This document shows, piece by piece, positions 7,282 to 15,316 of a DNA stretch of 41,735 nt (position 1 is its first letter; each line of letters begins with the position of its first letter). Under the pieces are notes generated by a model, which had not been told where the DNA came from, ran no database searches, and saw only the letters and a list, made by a program, of their open reading frames with translations. The DNA lies in contig DASTPC010000155.1 in assembly GCA_035720085.1 (NCBI GenBank), positions 1 through 41,735 on the forward strand, given 5' to 3'. Origin of the DNA: Gaiellaceae bacterium (GTDB lineage Bacteria; Actinomycetota; Thermoleophilia; Gaiellales; Gaiellaceae). The translations under genes were made by a program, and so were the position numbers.

Positions 7282-9513
7282 GTGAGCGCGCTTCCCACCG
7301 GGGTCGTCACGTTCCTCTTCACGGACATCGAGGGCTCGACGCGCCTGGCCCGCCATCTGCGCGAGCGCTGGGGGGAGGTGCGGGCCGACCACCAGCGCCT
7401 CCTGCGCGAGGCGTTCGCCCGCCACCAGGGGCACGAGGTGGACACCCAGGGCGACTCGTTCTTCGTGGCCTTCGCCTCGGCGCGGGACGCCGTGCTCGCC
7501 GCGGTGGACGGCCAGCGCGCCCTCGCCTCCCACCCGTGGCCCGGCGGCGGCGACGTGCGCGTGCGGATCGGGATCCACACGGCGCCCGCGTCGCTCGCGG
7601 ACGGCGGCGGCTACGTCGGCCTCGGCGTGCACCGCGGCGCCCGGATCTGCGCCGCCGCCCACGGCGGGCAGGTGCTGCTCTCCCAGGCGACGCACAACCT
7701 GCTCGAGGACGAGCAGCGGCAGCTGCCGGAGATCCAGCTCGAGGACACGGGTGCGCAGCGGCTGAAGGACTTCGAGCGCCCGGTGCGGCTCTACCAGGTC
7801 GTCGCTCCCGGCCTGGCGGAGACGTTCGCGCCGCCGCGCGGGGAGCGGCGCAACGCGGTGCAGTTCCGGATCCTCGGCCCGCTTCAGGCGCTCGTCGACG
7901 ACCGCGAGGTGGCGCTCGGCGGCCCGCGCCAGCGCGCCGTGCTCGCGGTACTGCTCACCCACGCCAACGAGGTCGTCGCGATCGACCGGCTCGTCGCCGA
8001 GCTCTGGGGCGAGCGGCCGCCGGCCTCGGCGGTCCGGAACGTCCAGACGTACGTCTCCAACCTGCGCAAGGTGCTCGGCCCGGGCACGATCGTCACCCGC
8101 CCGCCCGGCTACGTCGTCGAGGTCGGGTCGGGCGAGCTGGACCTGCACCAGTTCGAGCAACTCGCCGGGCAGGCCCGGGCTGCGCTCGAGGCGGGCGAAG
8201 CCGCCCGCGCGAGCAGGATGTTCACCGAGGCGCTGGCGCTCTGGCACGGGACGCCGCTGGCCGACTTCGCGTACGAGGAGTTCGCGCAACCGCTGATCGC
8301 GCGGCTGGAGGAGCTGCGGCTCGCCTGCCTCGAGCGGCGCATCGAGGCGGATCTCGCGCTGGGGCGGCACGGGGAGCTCGTGGGCGAGCTGGAGACGCTC
8401 GTCACCCGTTACCCGCTGCGCGAGCGGCTGCGCGAGCAGTTGATGCTCGCGCTCTACCGCTCCGGCCGCCAGGCCGAGGCGCTCGAGGCCTACCAGGACG
8501 CGCGGCGGCGCCTCGTCGACGAGCTCGGGATCGAGCCGGGCACGGCGCTGCAGGAGCTCGAGCGGATGATCCTCCGGCGCGACGCGGCGCTGCTCCCGGG
8601 AGCCACGGGCACGCCGGGCCCGCCGCCGGCCGTGGCGGAGCTGCCCGAGCGCTCGCTGCTCCTGGTTCCGAGCGAGGACGCCCGCCTGGACGCGCTGCTG
8701 CCGCTCGCCGAGGCGCTCGCCCGGCGCCCGCCGCGAGAGCTGATCCTGACGCAGCTGGTCGCCGACGCGAACAGCCTGGCGGCGGTCACGAGCCGCCTGC
8801 AGGAGCGGCGCGAGGAGGTCGCGGCGCGCGGGTTCGCGGTGCGTGCTGCCGCGTTCACGTCCGCCACGCCGGGCCATGACGCGCTCGCGATCGCAGCCCA
8901 GGAGGACGTCGACCTGCTGCTGCTCGACGCGCCGGCGGCGCTGCTCGAGCGAGGCGAGCCGGGCGACGAGCTCGAGCTGCTCTTCAGCGAGGCGCCGTGC
9001 GACGTCGCGGTGCTCGTGCCACGCGGCGACCGGCCGCCGGCGGTGAGCGCCGGCGCGCCCGTGCTGGTGCCGTTCGGCGGCGCCGACCACGAGTGGACCG
9101 CAGTCGAGATCGGCGCGTGGATTGCGAGCGTGCACGAGAGCCGCCTTCAGCTCGCCGGCACGGAGGGCGATCCCGATGCCGGCCGCCGGGACGCGAGCAA
9201 GCTGCTCGCGCGCGCCGCCCTGATCGTCCAGCGGATCGCCCAGGTGCCGACCGAGCCCGTGCTCGTCCCGCCGGGCGAGCGCGGCATGATCGACGCCGCC
9301 GCCGCCGCCGGGCTCGTGGTGCTCGGGCTGTCCAGCCGCTGGCGGGACGAGGGGATCGACGGGGCCCGGCTCGCCGTCCTGCGCGACTCGCGCCCGCCCG
9401 CGCTGCTCGTCAGAAGGGGGCTGCGACCCGGCGGCCTGGCCCCGCGCGGCAGCTTCACCCGTTTCACGTGGACGCTCGAGCGCGAGCCGGAGGGCGTACA
9501 GGCCGGCCTGTGA
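7282..9513 (+). CDS. Class III nucleotide cyclase + SARP (winged HTH-BTAD) + USP-like C-terminal fusion
   Basis: FLFTDIEGST/GDSFF/RIGIHT cyclase motifs; FRILGPL...ALALWHG...PLRERLREQLMLALYRSGRQAEAL SARP motifs; APCDVAVL/VLVPFGG USP-like tail. GTG 7282 lies 7 nt after TACTCT. Confidence 0.85.
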   Translation: MSALPTGVVTFLFTDIEGSTRLARHLRERWGEVRADHQRLLREAFARHQGHEVDTQGDSFFVAFASARDAVLAAVDGQRALASHPWPGGGDVRVRIGIHTAPASLADGGGYVGLGVHRGARICAAAHGGQVLLSQATHNLLEDEQRQLPEIQLEDTGAQRLKDFERPVRLYQVVAPGLAETFAPPRGERRNAVQFRILGPLQALVDDREVALGGPRQRAVLAVLLTHANEVVAIDRLVAELWGERPPASAVRNVQTYVSNLRKVLGPGTIVTRPPGYVVEVGSGELDLHQFEQLAGQARAALEAGEAARASRMFTEALALWHGTPLADFAYEEFAQPLIARLEELRLACLERRIEADLALGRHGELVGELETLVTRYPLRERLREQLMLALYRSGRQAEALEAYQDARRRLVDELGIEPGTALQELERMILRRDAALLPGATGTPGPPPAVAELPERSLLLVPSEDARLDALLPLAEALARRPPRELILTQLVADANSLAAVTSRLQERREEVAARGFAVRAAAFTSATPGHDALAIAAQEDVDLLLLDAPAALLERGEPGDELELLFSEAPCDVAVLVPRGDRPPAVSAGAPVLVPFGGADHEWTAVEIGAWIASVHESRLQLAGTEGDPDAGRRDASKLLARAALIVQRIAQVPTEPVLVPPGERGMIDAAAAAGLVVLGLSSRWRDEGIDGARLAVLRDSRPPALLVRRGLRPGGLAPRGSFTRFTWTLEREPEGVQAGL

Positions 9514-9568
9514 CACGTCCGCGGCGACCCGGCCGAGACAGCGCCCGGCTTCAGTGATGTTCCTGCGC
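9514..9568 (-). repeat. Structured repeat family A, copy 3 (long hairpin deleted)
   Basis: Reverse complement reads GCGCAGG-AACATCACTGAAG-CCGGGCGC-TGTC-TCGGCCGG. Confidence 0.7.
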
Positions 9569-9647
9569 AGACAGGGCCGGCCCGTGATGTCGATTCCGCC
9601 GCCCGCCGTTCGTCCTGCGGGTGGATGCGACGACCTAGGATGGACCG

Positions 9648-9908
9648 ATGGCGACCGTGAGGTTGCGCGCGCCACTCAAGGAGCTGGCGGGCGGGAGGAG
9701 CGATCTCGACCTCGACGGCCGCACCGTCGGCGAGCTCATGCAGGCGCTCGAGCGGGAGCATCCCGCGCTGGCGGGCTGGATCCTCGACGAGCGAGGGCTG
9801 ATCCGGCGCCACGTGAACGTCTTCGTTAACGGCCAGAACGGCCGCGAGGACACCCCGATCGCGCCCGGCGACCGGGTGCACGTCCTCCCCGCGATCACAG
9901 GAGGCTGA
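9648..9908 (+). CDS. MoaD/ThiS family ubiquitin-like protein
   Basis: 86 aa, HVNVFVNG motif, ends in Gly-Gly (LPAITGG); TAGGAT -10-like hexamer 5 nt upstream. Confidence 0.9.
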   Translation: MATVRLRAPLKELAGGRSDLDLDGRTVGELMQALEREHPALAGWILDERGLIRRHVNVFVNGQNGREDTPIAPGDRVHVLPAITGG

Positions 9909-9915
9909 GCCGACC

Positions 9916-10980
9916 ATGACCGAGCTGCTCGTCGGAACGAAGAAGGGCCTGTTCGTACTGGAGGGAACGCCGGAGCGCGGCTTCGACGTCGCGGCGCGCG
10001 CGTTCGCCGGCCAGTCGGTCGAGTACGCGACCCGCGACCCGCGGACGGGGCGCTACCTCGCCTCCGTCACCTCCTGGTTCTACGGGCCCAAGGTGTGGTC
10101 GGCGGACGACCCCGACGGCGAATGGCAGCAGGGAACAGGGCTCGAGCTGCCGGAGGAGGCGGGGAAGGCGGTCGAGCGGATCTGGGTGATCGTGCCCGGT
10201 GAGGAGGAGGGGCTCGTCTACGCGGGCGGCGACCCGGGCATGCTCTTCGAGAGCCGTGACGGCGGCACGAGCTGGACGCTCAACCGCGGGCTCTGGGACC
10301 ATCCCACGCGCCCCGACTGGAATCCCGGCAACGGCGGCCTCTGCCTGCACACGATCGCGCCCTGGCCGGACGAGCCGGCCAGGCTGATGGTTGCGATCTC
10401 GGCCGTCGGCGTCTGGCTGAGCGACGACGGCGGCGCGAGCTGGCGCCACTCGAACGAGGGGATCGTGCCCGAGTACGTCCCGGAGGAGGCGCGCGACAAC
10501 CCGATCCAGCACTGCGTGCACGACGTGCGGCGCTCGCCCACCCGCCCCGAGCGCCTGTTCATGCAGTTCCACGGCGGCGTCTACCGCTCCGACGACGCGG
10601 GCGAGACCTGGCTCGACGTCGGCGAGGGGCTCCCCTCGGACTTCGGCTTCCCGATCGTGATCGACCCCGCCGACCCGGACAGCGCCTACGTGATCCCGCT
10701 GATCGGCGCGGAGGACCGGACGACGCCCGACGGCAGCGTCGGCGTCTGGGAGACGCGCGACGCCGGCGCCAGCTGGACTGCCCGCAGCGAGGGCCTGCCG
10801 CAGCAGGACGCGTACCTGACCGTGCTGCGCGAGGCGTTCGACGGCGCGCCCGAGAACGGCTCCCTCGGCCTCTACTTCGGCGCCACCTCGGGCGACGTGT
10901 TCTGCTCGGGCGACGCGGGGGCGACCTGGTCGACGGCGGCGACCCACCTGCCGCCGGTGTACTCGGTGCGCGTCGCCTGA
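9916..10980 (+). CDS. BNR/Asp-box repeat beta-propeller (sialidase-like) protein
   Basis: Repeated Asp-boxes SRDGGTSW, SDDGGASW, SDDAGETW, TRDAGASW, SGDAGATW; no signal peptide. Confidence 0.85.
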   Translation: MTELLVGTKKGLFVLEGTPERGFDVAARAFAGQSVEYATRDPRTGRYLASVTSWFYGPKVWSADDPDGEWQQGTGLELPEEAGKAVERIWVIVPGEEEGLVYAGGDPGMLFESRDGGTSWTLNRGLWDHPTRPDWNPGNGGLCLHTIAPWPDEPARLMVAISAVGVWLSDDGGASWRHSNEGIVPEYVPEEARDNPIQHCVHDVRRSPTRPERLFMQFHGGVYRSDDAGETWLDVGEGLPSDFGFPIVIDPADPDSAYVIPLIGAEDRTTPDGSVGVWETRDAGASWTARSEGLPQQDAYLTVLREAFDGAPENGSLGLYFGATSGDVFCSGDAGATWSTAATHLPPVYSVRVA

Positions 10981-10992
10981 GCCAGGGCCACC

Positions 10993-11020
10993 GTTGGGGC
11001 GAGATGTAGTTCGCCCCTAC
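10993..11020 (-). repeat. GTAG-type REP palindrome
   Basis: Minus strand reads GTAGGGGCGAACTACATCTCGCCCCAAC: a GTAG foot followed by an imperfect palindrome. Confidence 0.6.
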
Positions 11021-11030
11021 GTCCCGCTGC

Positions 11031-11146
11031 GCGTCCGACGCCGTTTGCCCGACAAGCGCCGACAACGCCGTTGCGGCCGCGACAGCGCCGCCTTCAGGGA
11101 TCTTGCGCGGTCAGGAAACCGCTCCTGCGGTTTCCTGACCTTGCGC
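11031..11146 (-). repeat. Structured repeat family A, copy 4 (full)
   Basis: Reverse complement reads GCGC-AA-GGTCAGGAAACCGC-AGGA-GCGGTTTCCTGACC-GCGC-AAGATCCCTGAAG-GCGGCGC-TGTC-GCGGCCGC-AACGGCG...AACGGCGTCGGACGC. Confidence 0.85.
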
Positions 11147-12174
11147 TAAACAGAGGTAGGGATCTTGACCTCGCCGGCGGCGATCTCCTGCTCGACGTGG
11201 TCGACTTTCGCGATGTCGGCCTTGGCCGCCTTGGGGCTGATCTTGCCGAGGCCGACGCCGTCCTGGTCGAGCCCGAAGACCTCGTTGCCGCCGCCCGCGA
11301 AGCCGCCGTCGAGGAGGGACTGGATGGTCAGGAAGACGGCGGTGTCGACGCCCTTGAGCGCGCTCGTCAGCACGTGGGGCCCGAGGAAGGACTGGTCGGC
11401 GTCGACGCCGATCCCCCAGACGTCTCGGTCCTTGGCGGCGGAGAGGGCGCCGAGGCCGCATTCGCCGGCGACCTGGAAGACGACGCCGGAGCCCGCCGCA
11501 ATCTGGTCGAGCGCGAGCTCCTTGCACTTCGCCTGGTCGACCCAGTCCTGCGAGTACGCGAAGCGCACCTTCATCCCCGGCACGGCTGCCTGCGCGCCGG
11601 CGCGGTAGCCGGCGATGAAGCGGTCGACCGGCGGCTCCTTGAAGCCGCCCACGGCCGAGATCACGCCCTTGCCGTTGCGCTTGGCCTCGAGCGCGGCCAG
11701 CGTGCCCGCCAGGTAGCCGACCTGCTCCTCCTTGAAGAGCAGGCCGACGACGTTGGCCGGCTTCCCCTTCAGGAACGCCTGGTCGACGTCGACGATCGCG
11801 AACTTCGTGTCGGGGAAGAGCTTCGCCGTCGTGGCGACCGCGTCGCCCTGGGCGAAGCCGACGCCGACGATCAGGTCGTAGCCCTGCCGCGCGAGCGCCG
11901 TCATGTTGGGCACGTAGTCGGAGGCCGAGCGCGACTCGACCACGCGGCCGGCGACGCCGAGCTCGCTCTCGGCCCGCTTGAGGCCCTTGTAGGCGAGCTC
12001 GTTGAAGCCGTTGTCGTTCAGCTGCCCGAGGTCGGTGATCAGGCCGACCCGCAGCGTCGGCTCGGCGCCCGTCGTGGCGGGAGCCGCCTCGTCGTCGTCC
12101 CCGCCACACGCCGCGGTGAGAAGCGCGACCGCGCCGAGGACGGCGGCGGCGAGAGCGGTGAGGCGTCGGTGCAT
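11146..12174 (-). CDS. BMP family ABC substrate-binding lipoprotein (nucleoside-binding type)
   Basis: LTAAC lipobox, DNGFNELAYKG, FKEEQVGYLAG, IGVDADQS, LTSALK motifs. Confidence 0.9.
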   Translation of the reverse strand: MHRRLTALAAAVLGAVALLTAACGGDDDEAAPATTGAEPTLRVGLITDLGQLNDNGFNELAYKGLKRAESELGVAGRVVESRSASDYVPNMTALARQGYDLIVGVGFAQGDAVATTAKLFPDTKFAIVDVDQAFLKGKPANVVGLLFKEEQVGYLAGTLAALEAKRNGKGVISAVGGFKEPPVDRFIAGYRAGAQAAVPGMKVRFAYSQDWVDQAKCKELALDQIAAGSGVVFQVAGECGLGALSAAKDRDVWGIGVDADQSFLGPHVLTSALKGVDTAVFLTIQSLLDGGFAGGGNEVFGLDQDGVGLGKISPKAAKADIAKVDHVEQEIAAGEVKIPTSV

Positions 12175-12186
12175 TCGTCCGGGGAG

Positions 12187-12209
12187 GTTTTCGCCTAAGA
12201 GTCGTAAAC
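12187..12209. promoter_or_regulatory. NrtR-like operator 1, 12 bp upstream of the BMP gene
   Basis: Imperfect 23-bp palindrome GTTTTCGCCTAAGAGTCGTAAAC; resembles operator 2 and the actinobacterial TTTTCG-N-CGAAAA NrtR-type box. Confidence 0.7.
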
Positions 12210-12276
12210 CTGGCCCGGCGAGTGTACCAGAACGGCGCCCTGGGACGCAGACCCGTGCGCAGCCCCGCCGCTGCTA

Positions 12277-12299
12277 GTTTTCGCCTTCGAGGTGAAAAC
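12277..12299. promoter_or_regulatory. NrtR-like operator 2, overlapping the nrtR start codon
   Basis: GTTTTCGCCTTCGAGGTGAAAAC contains the GTG start at 12292, the geometry expected for autorepression. Confidence 0.75.
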
Positions 12300-12972
12300 C
12301 CGGAGCTGGCCGGCGCAGGCGGTGCTCGCCGCCGTCCTTCAGGTGCGGGAGGGACGGCTGTGCGCGCTCCTCTGGAAGCGGGCGCGCGACCCCGACGCCG
12401 GCCGCTGGTCTCTCCCCGGCGGCGAGCTCGCGGCCGGCGAGACGCTCGAGCAGTCGATCCGGCGCCAGCTCGCGGTCAAGGTCGACGTCCGCGAGGTCGC
12501 GCACCTGGAGCAGCTCGGAACCTACGGCGACCCTGGCCGGAACCCCGCCCGCTGGGAGCTCGCGACCGCGTACCTCGGGCTGGTGCCGCTCGGCGTCGAC
12601 CCGGATGTCCCGCCCGACACGCAGTGGCACCCGGTCGACGGCCTCCCCGCGACTGCGTTCGACCACGGGTCGATCGTGCTCGCGGCGCGCGAGCGGCTGC
12701 GGGGCAAGCTCTCCTACTCGAACGTCGGCTTCGCGCTCGCCCCGCCCACGTTCACGCTCGCCGAGCTGCGCAGCGTCTACGTCGCCGCGCTCGGTCACGA
12801 GGTCTCGGCGACGAACCTCAAGCGCGTCCTCCTCCGGCGCGGGATCCTCGCGGCGACCGGGGAGCGGCGCGAGCCGGGCCCCGCCGGCGGCCGCCCGGCG
12901 GAGCTCTTTCGCTTCCGCGAGCGCGAGCTGGAGATCACCGACCCGTTCGCGGCCCTCCGCCCACCGGTCTGA
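12292..12972 (+). CDS. nrtR: NrtR-family Nudix/winged-HTH transcriptional regulator
   Basis: WSLPGG degenerate Nudix box, HLEQLGTYGDPGR, AFDH, KLSYSN, FTLAELRSVY, GGRPAELF. Confidence 0.88.
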   Translation: MKTRSWPAQAVLAAVLQVREGRLCALLWKRARDPDAGRWSLPGGELAAGETLEQSIRRQLAVKVDVREVAHLEQLGTYGDPGRNPARWELATAYLGLVPLGVDPDVPPDTQWHPVDGLPATAFDHGSIVLAARERLRGKLSYSNVGFALAPPTFTLAELRSVYVAALGHEVSATNLKRVLLRRGILAATGERREPGPAGGRPAELFRFRERELEITDPFAALRPPV

Positions 12973-13054
12973 CGCGCCGAGCAGCCTTGTGACGGTCAGT
13001 TACGAGGCGATCCTGGACTTGACGAAACCCCTGCTCCTGCCGATATCTGGTGGC

Positions 13055-13162
13055 ATGCGGCACGTTCCCTCCTGGCTCAAGCTCGTCGCGGTGCTCAGCC
13101 TCGTCGCCGAGGCCGGAGCCGCTGCGGCGGTCTTCTGGCACACCGGCCCTCGCGCCCGCTGA
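13055..13162 (+). CDS. Possible 35-aa single-TM small protein
   Basis: MRHVPSWLKLVAVLSLVAEAGAAAAVFWHTGPRAR fills the gap between genes; GCCGATA lies 9 nt upstream. Confidence 0.4.
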   Translation: MRHVPSWLKLVAVLSLVAEAGAAAAVFWHTGPRAR

Positions 13163-13167
13163 CGGCG

Positions 13168-13476
13168 TCACGCGAGCGCGCGTAGCGCCGCGGTCACGAC
13201 CGCTGCGATCGCCATCGCCGGCACGATCGGCACGCCGCGCCAGAGCGCGATCCCGGCCGCGCCGACGCCTGCGACCCTCGCGTCGACCGCGATGCCGCCG
13301 TCGCCGCCCACGGTCTGGGTGACGACCAGCGCCGTCAGCATCACCGGCGCGAGCAACTCGACGACCCGCAGCGTCCGTCCGGAGAGCTGCCTGGAGCCGA
13401 GCAGGACCGGGCCGGCGGCCTTGAAGACGATCGTCACCACGCCGACCACGACCACGACTACCCACGTCTCGCTCAT
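13168..13476 (-). CDS. azlD: AzlD-family branched-chain amino acid exporter, small subunit
   Basis: 102 aa, hydrophobic, KAAGPVLLG motif; ATGA-coupled to azlC. Confidence 0.85.
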   Translation of the reverse strand: MSETWVVVVVVGVVTIVFKAAGPVLLGSRQLSGRTLRVVELLAPVMLTALVVTQTVGGDGGIAVDARVAGVGAAGIALWRGVPIVPAMAIAAVVTAALRALA

Positions 13477-14147
13477 CGGCGCAGCCCCAGCAGGCAGACG
13501 GCGCTGGCGGCCACGATCGGCACGCCGGCGGGTGTGAACGGCAGCAGGCAGAGCACGAGCAGCGCGGCGAGCGCCGACGCCTCGAGCGCCCTCCGCGAGC
13601 GCAGGTACGGCATCGCGAGGCCGAGGAAGAGCGCCGCGAAGGCGGCGTCGAGCCCGTAGTCCTCGGGATCTCCAAGCCGGTCGCCGACGAGCGTGCCGAC
13701 CACGGTGCTCGCCACCCAGAGCACGTACAGGAGCAGGCCGGCGCCGACGAGCACGTGCCGGTCGAAGCGGCCGCCGCGGCCGGCAAGCGCCCAGGACTCG
13801 TCGACGATCAGCTGCGCCTCGACCAGGCGGCGCCAGAGCGGCCGGGGGAAGACCGCGGCGGCAGCGACGCTCATCGGCACATAGCGCGCGTTGAGCATCG
13901 CCGCCGCCACGATCGCGGCCACCGCGGACCCTCCTGTTTCGAGCACGGAACCGGCCGCGAACTGGGCCGAGCCGGCGAACGTCGTCGCCGAGAAGACGCC
14001 GGCCGCGAGCGTCGAGAAGCCCGCGTCGACCGCGAGGACGCCGTACGAGAGCCCGAAGAGCACCGGCCCGGCGGCCAGCGGCGCCGCGGCGCGCACGCCG
14101 TCCCGCAGGCGCGGCGCACCGGCGGCCTCCGCGCCCGTCACAGCCAC
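13473..14147 (-). CDS. azlC: AzlC-family branched-chain amino acid exporter permease
   Basis: FAGSAQF, LNARY, IVDESWA, GLDAAF motifs; GTG 14147 lies 7 nt after TAGCGT. Confidence 0.88.
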   Translation of the reverse strand: MAVTGAEAAGAPRLRDGVRAAAPLAAGPVLFGLSYGVLAVDAGFSTLAAGVFSATTFAGSAQFAAGSVLETGGSAVAAIVAAAMLNARYVPMSVAAAAVFPRPLWRRLVEAQLIVDESWALAGRGGRFDRHVLVGAGLLLYVLWVASTVVGTLVGDRLGDPEDYGLDAAFAALFLGLAMPYLRSRRALEASALAALLVLCLLPFTPAGVPIVAASAVCLLGLRR

Positions 14148-14223
14148 CGGCGCGACGCTACCAGCGGCCTCCCTGCGCGCGCAGCGCTTGTCTTCCGCGG
14201 CGGATCTGTATAGGTTTTGTCGA

Positions 14224-15114
14224 GTGAGAGTGGCGGTCTCGGGCGCGTCCGGGCTGATCGGCTCGGCGCTCGTCCCGGCCCTCCGCGACGCCGGCCACGA
14301 GGTGGTCCGGCTCGTGCGCCGGGAGCCGGCGACGGACGACGAAGCGGGCTGGAGCCCCTCGGCGGGCATGATCCAGGCCGAGCGGCTCGCCGGCGTCGAG
14401 GCGTTCGTCCACCTCGCCGGCGAGAACATCGGGCAGCGCTGGAGCGAGCGCGCCCGCCGCAAGATCCTGGATTCCCGCGTCCAGGGGACGACGCTGATCG
14501 CCGAGACGGCGGCCGCCCTCGAGCCACGGCCGCACGCGCTCGTCTGCGCGTCCGGGATCGACTACTACGGCGACCGTGGCGACGAGGAGCTCGGCGAGGA
14601 GTCGGGCCAGGGGACCGGCTTCGCCGCCGGGGTCGTCGCGGCGTGGGAGGAGGCGGCAGGCCCGGCCCGCTCGGCCGGGATCCGGGTCGTGCACCTGCGC
14701 CAGGGCATGGTCCTCAGCCGCCGCGGCGGCGCGCTGCAGCGGCTGCTGACGCCATTCCGGCTCGGCGTCGGCGGCCGCGTCGGCAGCGGGCGGCAGTGGT
14801 GGCCGTGGATCTCGCTGCCCGACGTGGTGCGCGTGTACGAGCATGCGCTCGCGAGCGACCTGTCAGGGCCGGTCAACGCCGCAGCGCCCGAGACCGTCAC
14901 CAACGAGCAGTTCGCGAAGGCGCTCGGCCGGGCGCTGCACCGCCCCGCGGTATTGCCGCTGCCGGCGGCCGCGATCAAGCTGGCGTTCGGGCAGATGGGC
15001 GAGGAGATGCTGCTCGGCAGCAAGCGCGCCGCGGCGGCGCGGCTCCTGGCGAGCGGCTTCGCGTTCGACTCTCCGGCGCTCGACGAGGGCCTGGAAGTGG
15101 CCCTCGAGCGCTAG
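14224..15114 (+). CDS. TIGR01777 family NAD-dependent epimerase/oxidoreductase
   Basis: VAVSGASGLIG, HLAGENI, SRVQGT, GSGRQWWPWI, GPVNAAAP; TAGGTT lies 7 nt before the GTG. Confidence 0.9.
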   Translation: MRVAVSGASGLIGSALVPALRDAGHEVVRLVRREPATDDEAGWSPSAGMIQAERLAGVEAFVHLAGENIGQRWSERARRKILDSRVQGTTLIAETAAALEPRPHALVCASGIDYYGDRGDEELGEESGQGTGFAAGVVAAWEEAAGPARSAGIRVVHLRQGMVLSRRGGALQRLLTPFRLGVGGRVGSGRQWWPWISLPDVVRVYEHALASDLSGPVNAAAPETVTNEQFAKALGRALHRPAVLPLPAAAIKLAFGQMGEEMLLGSKRAAAARLLASGFAFDSPALDEGLEVALER

Positions 15115-15162
15115 CGTCGGCATACTACGCAGGTCCCGACCGACGGAGGAGGTGGTGCAGAG

Positions 15163-15216
15163 ATGACCGATCGCAACGCTCGCTTCGCACCGACCGTCGC
15201 CGGGCGTCCGGGCTAG
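15163..15216 (+). CDS. Putative 17-aa leader peptide (uORF) of rsgA
   Basis: Strong SD GGAGGAGGTGG, then MTDRNARFAPTVAGRPG*. CATACT -10 at 15121; hairpins follow. Confidence 0.55.
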   Translation: MTDRNARFAPTVAGRPG

Positions 15217-15316
15217 CGGCTCGAGCCTCGACCGCTCGCTCCCGCGGCCTCGGCGCCTGGCGCACGCATCGGTGTGCCGCTTTCATGTACCGAGACCAAA
15301 GGGAGACGTCATCACC

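Noticed and set aside
12989..13007. TGTGA-containing CRP-like site
   Set aside because: The second half-site does not match TCACA at the required spacing.
15129..15142. 14-nt identity GCAGGTCCCGACCG with repeat copy 2 (6188-6201)
   Set aside because: The flanks lack the rest of the element; may be chance in GC-rich DNA.
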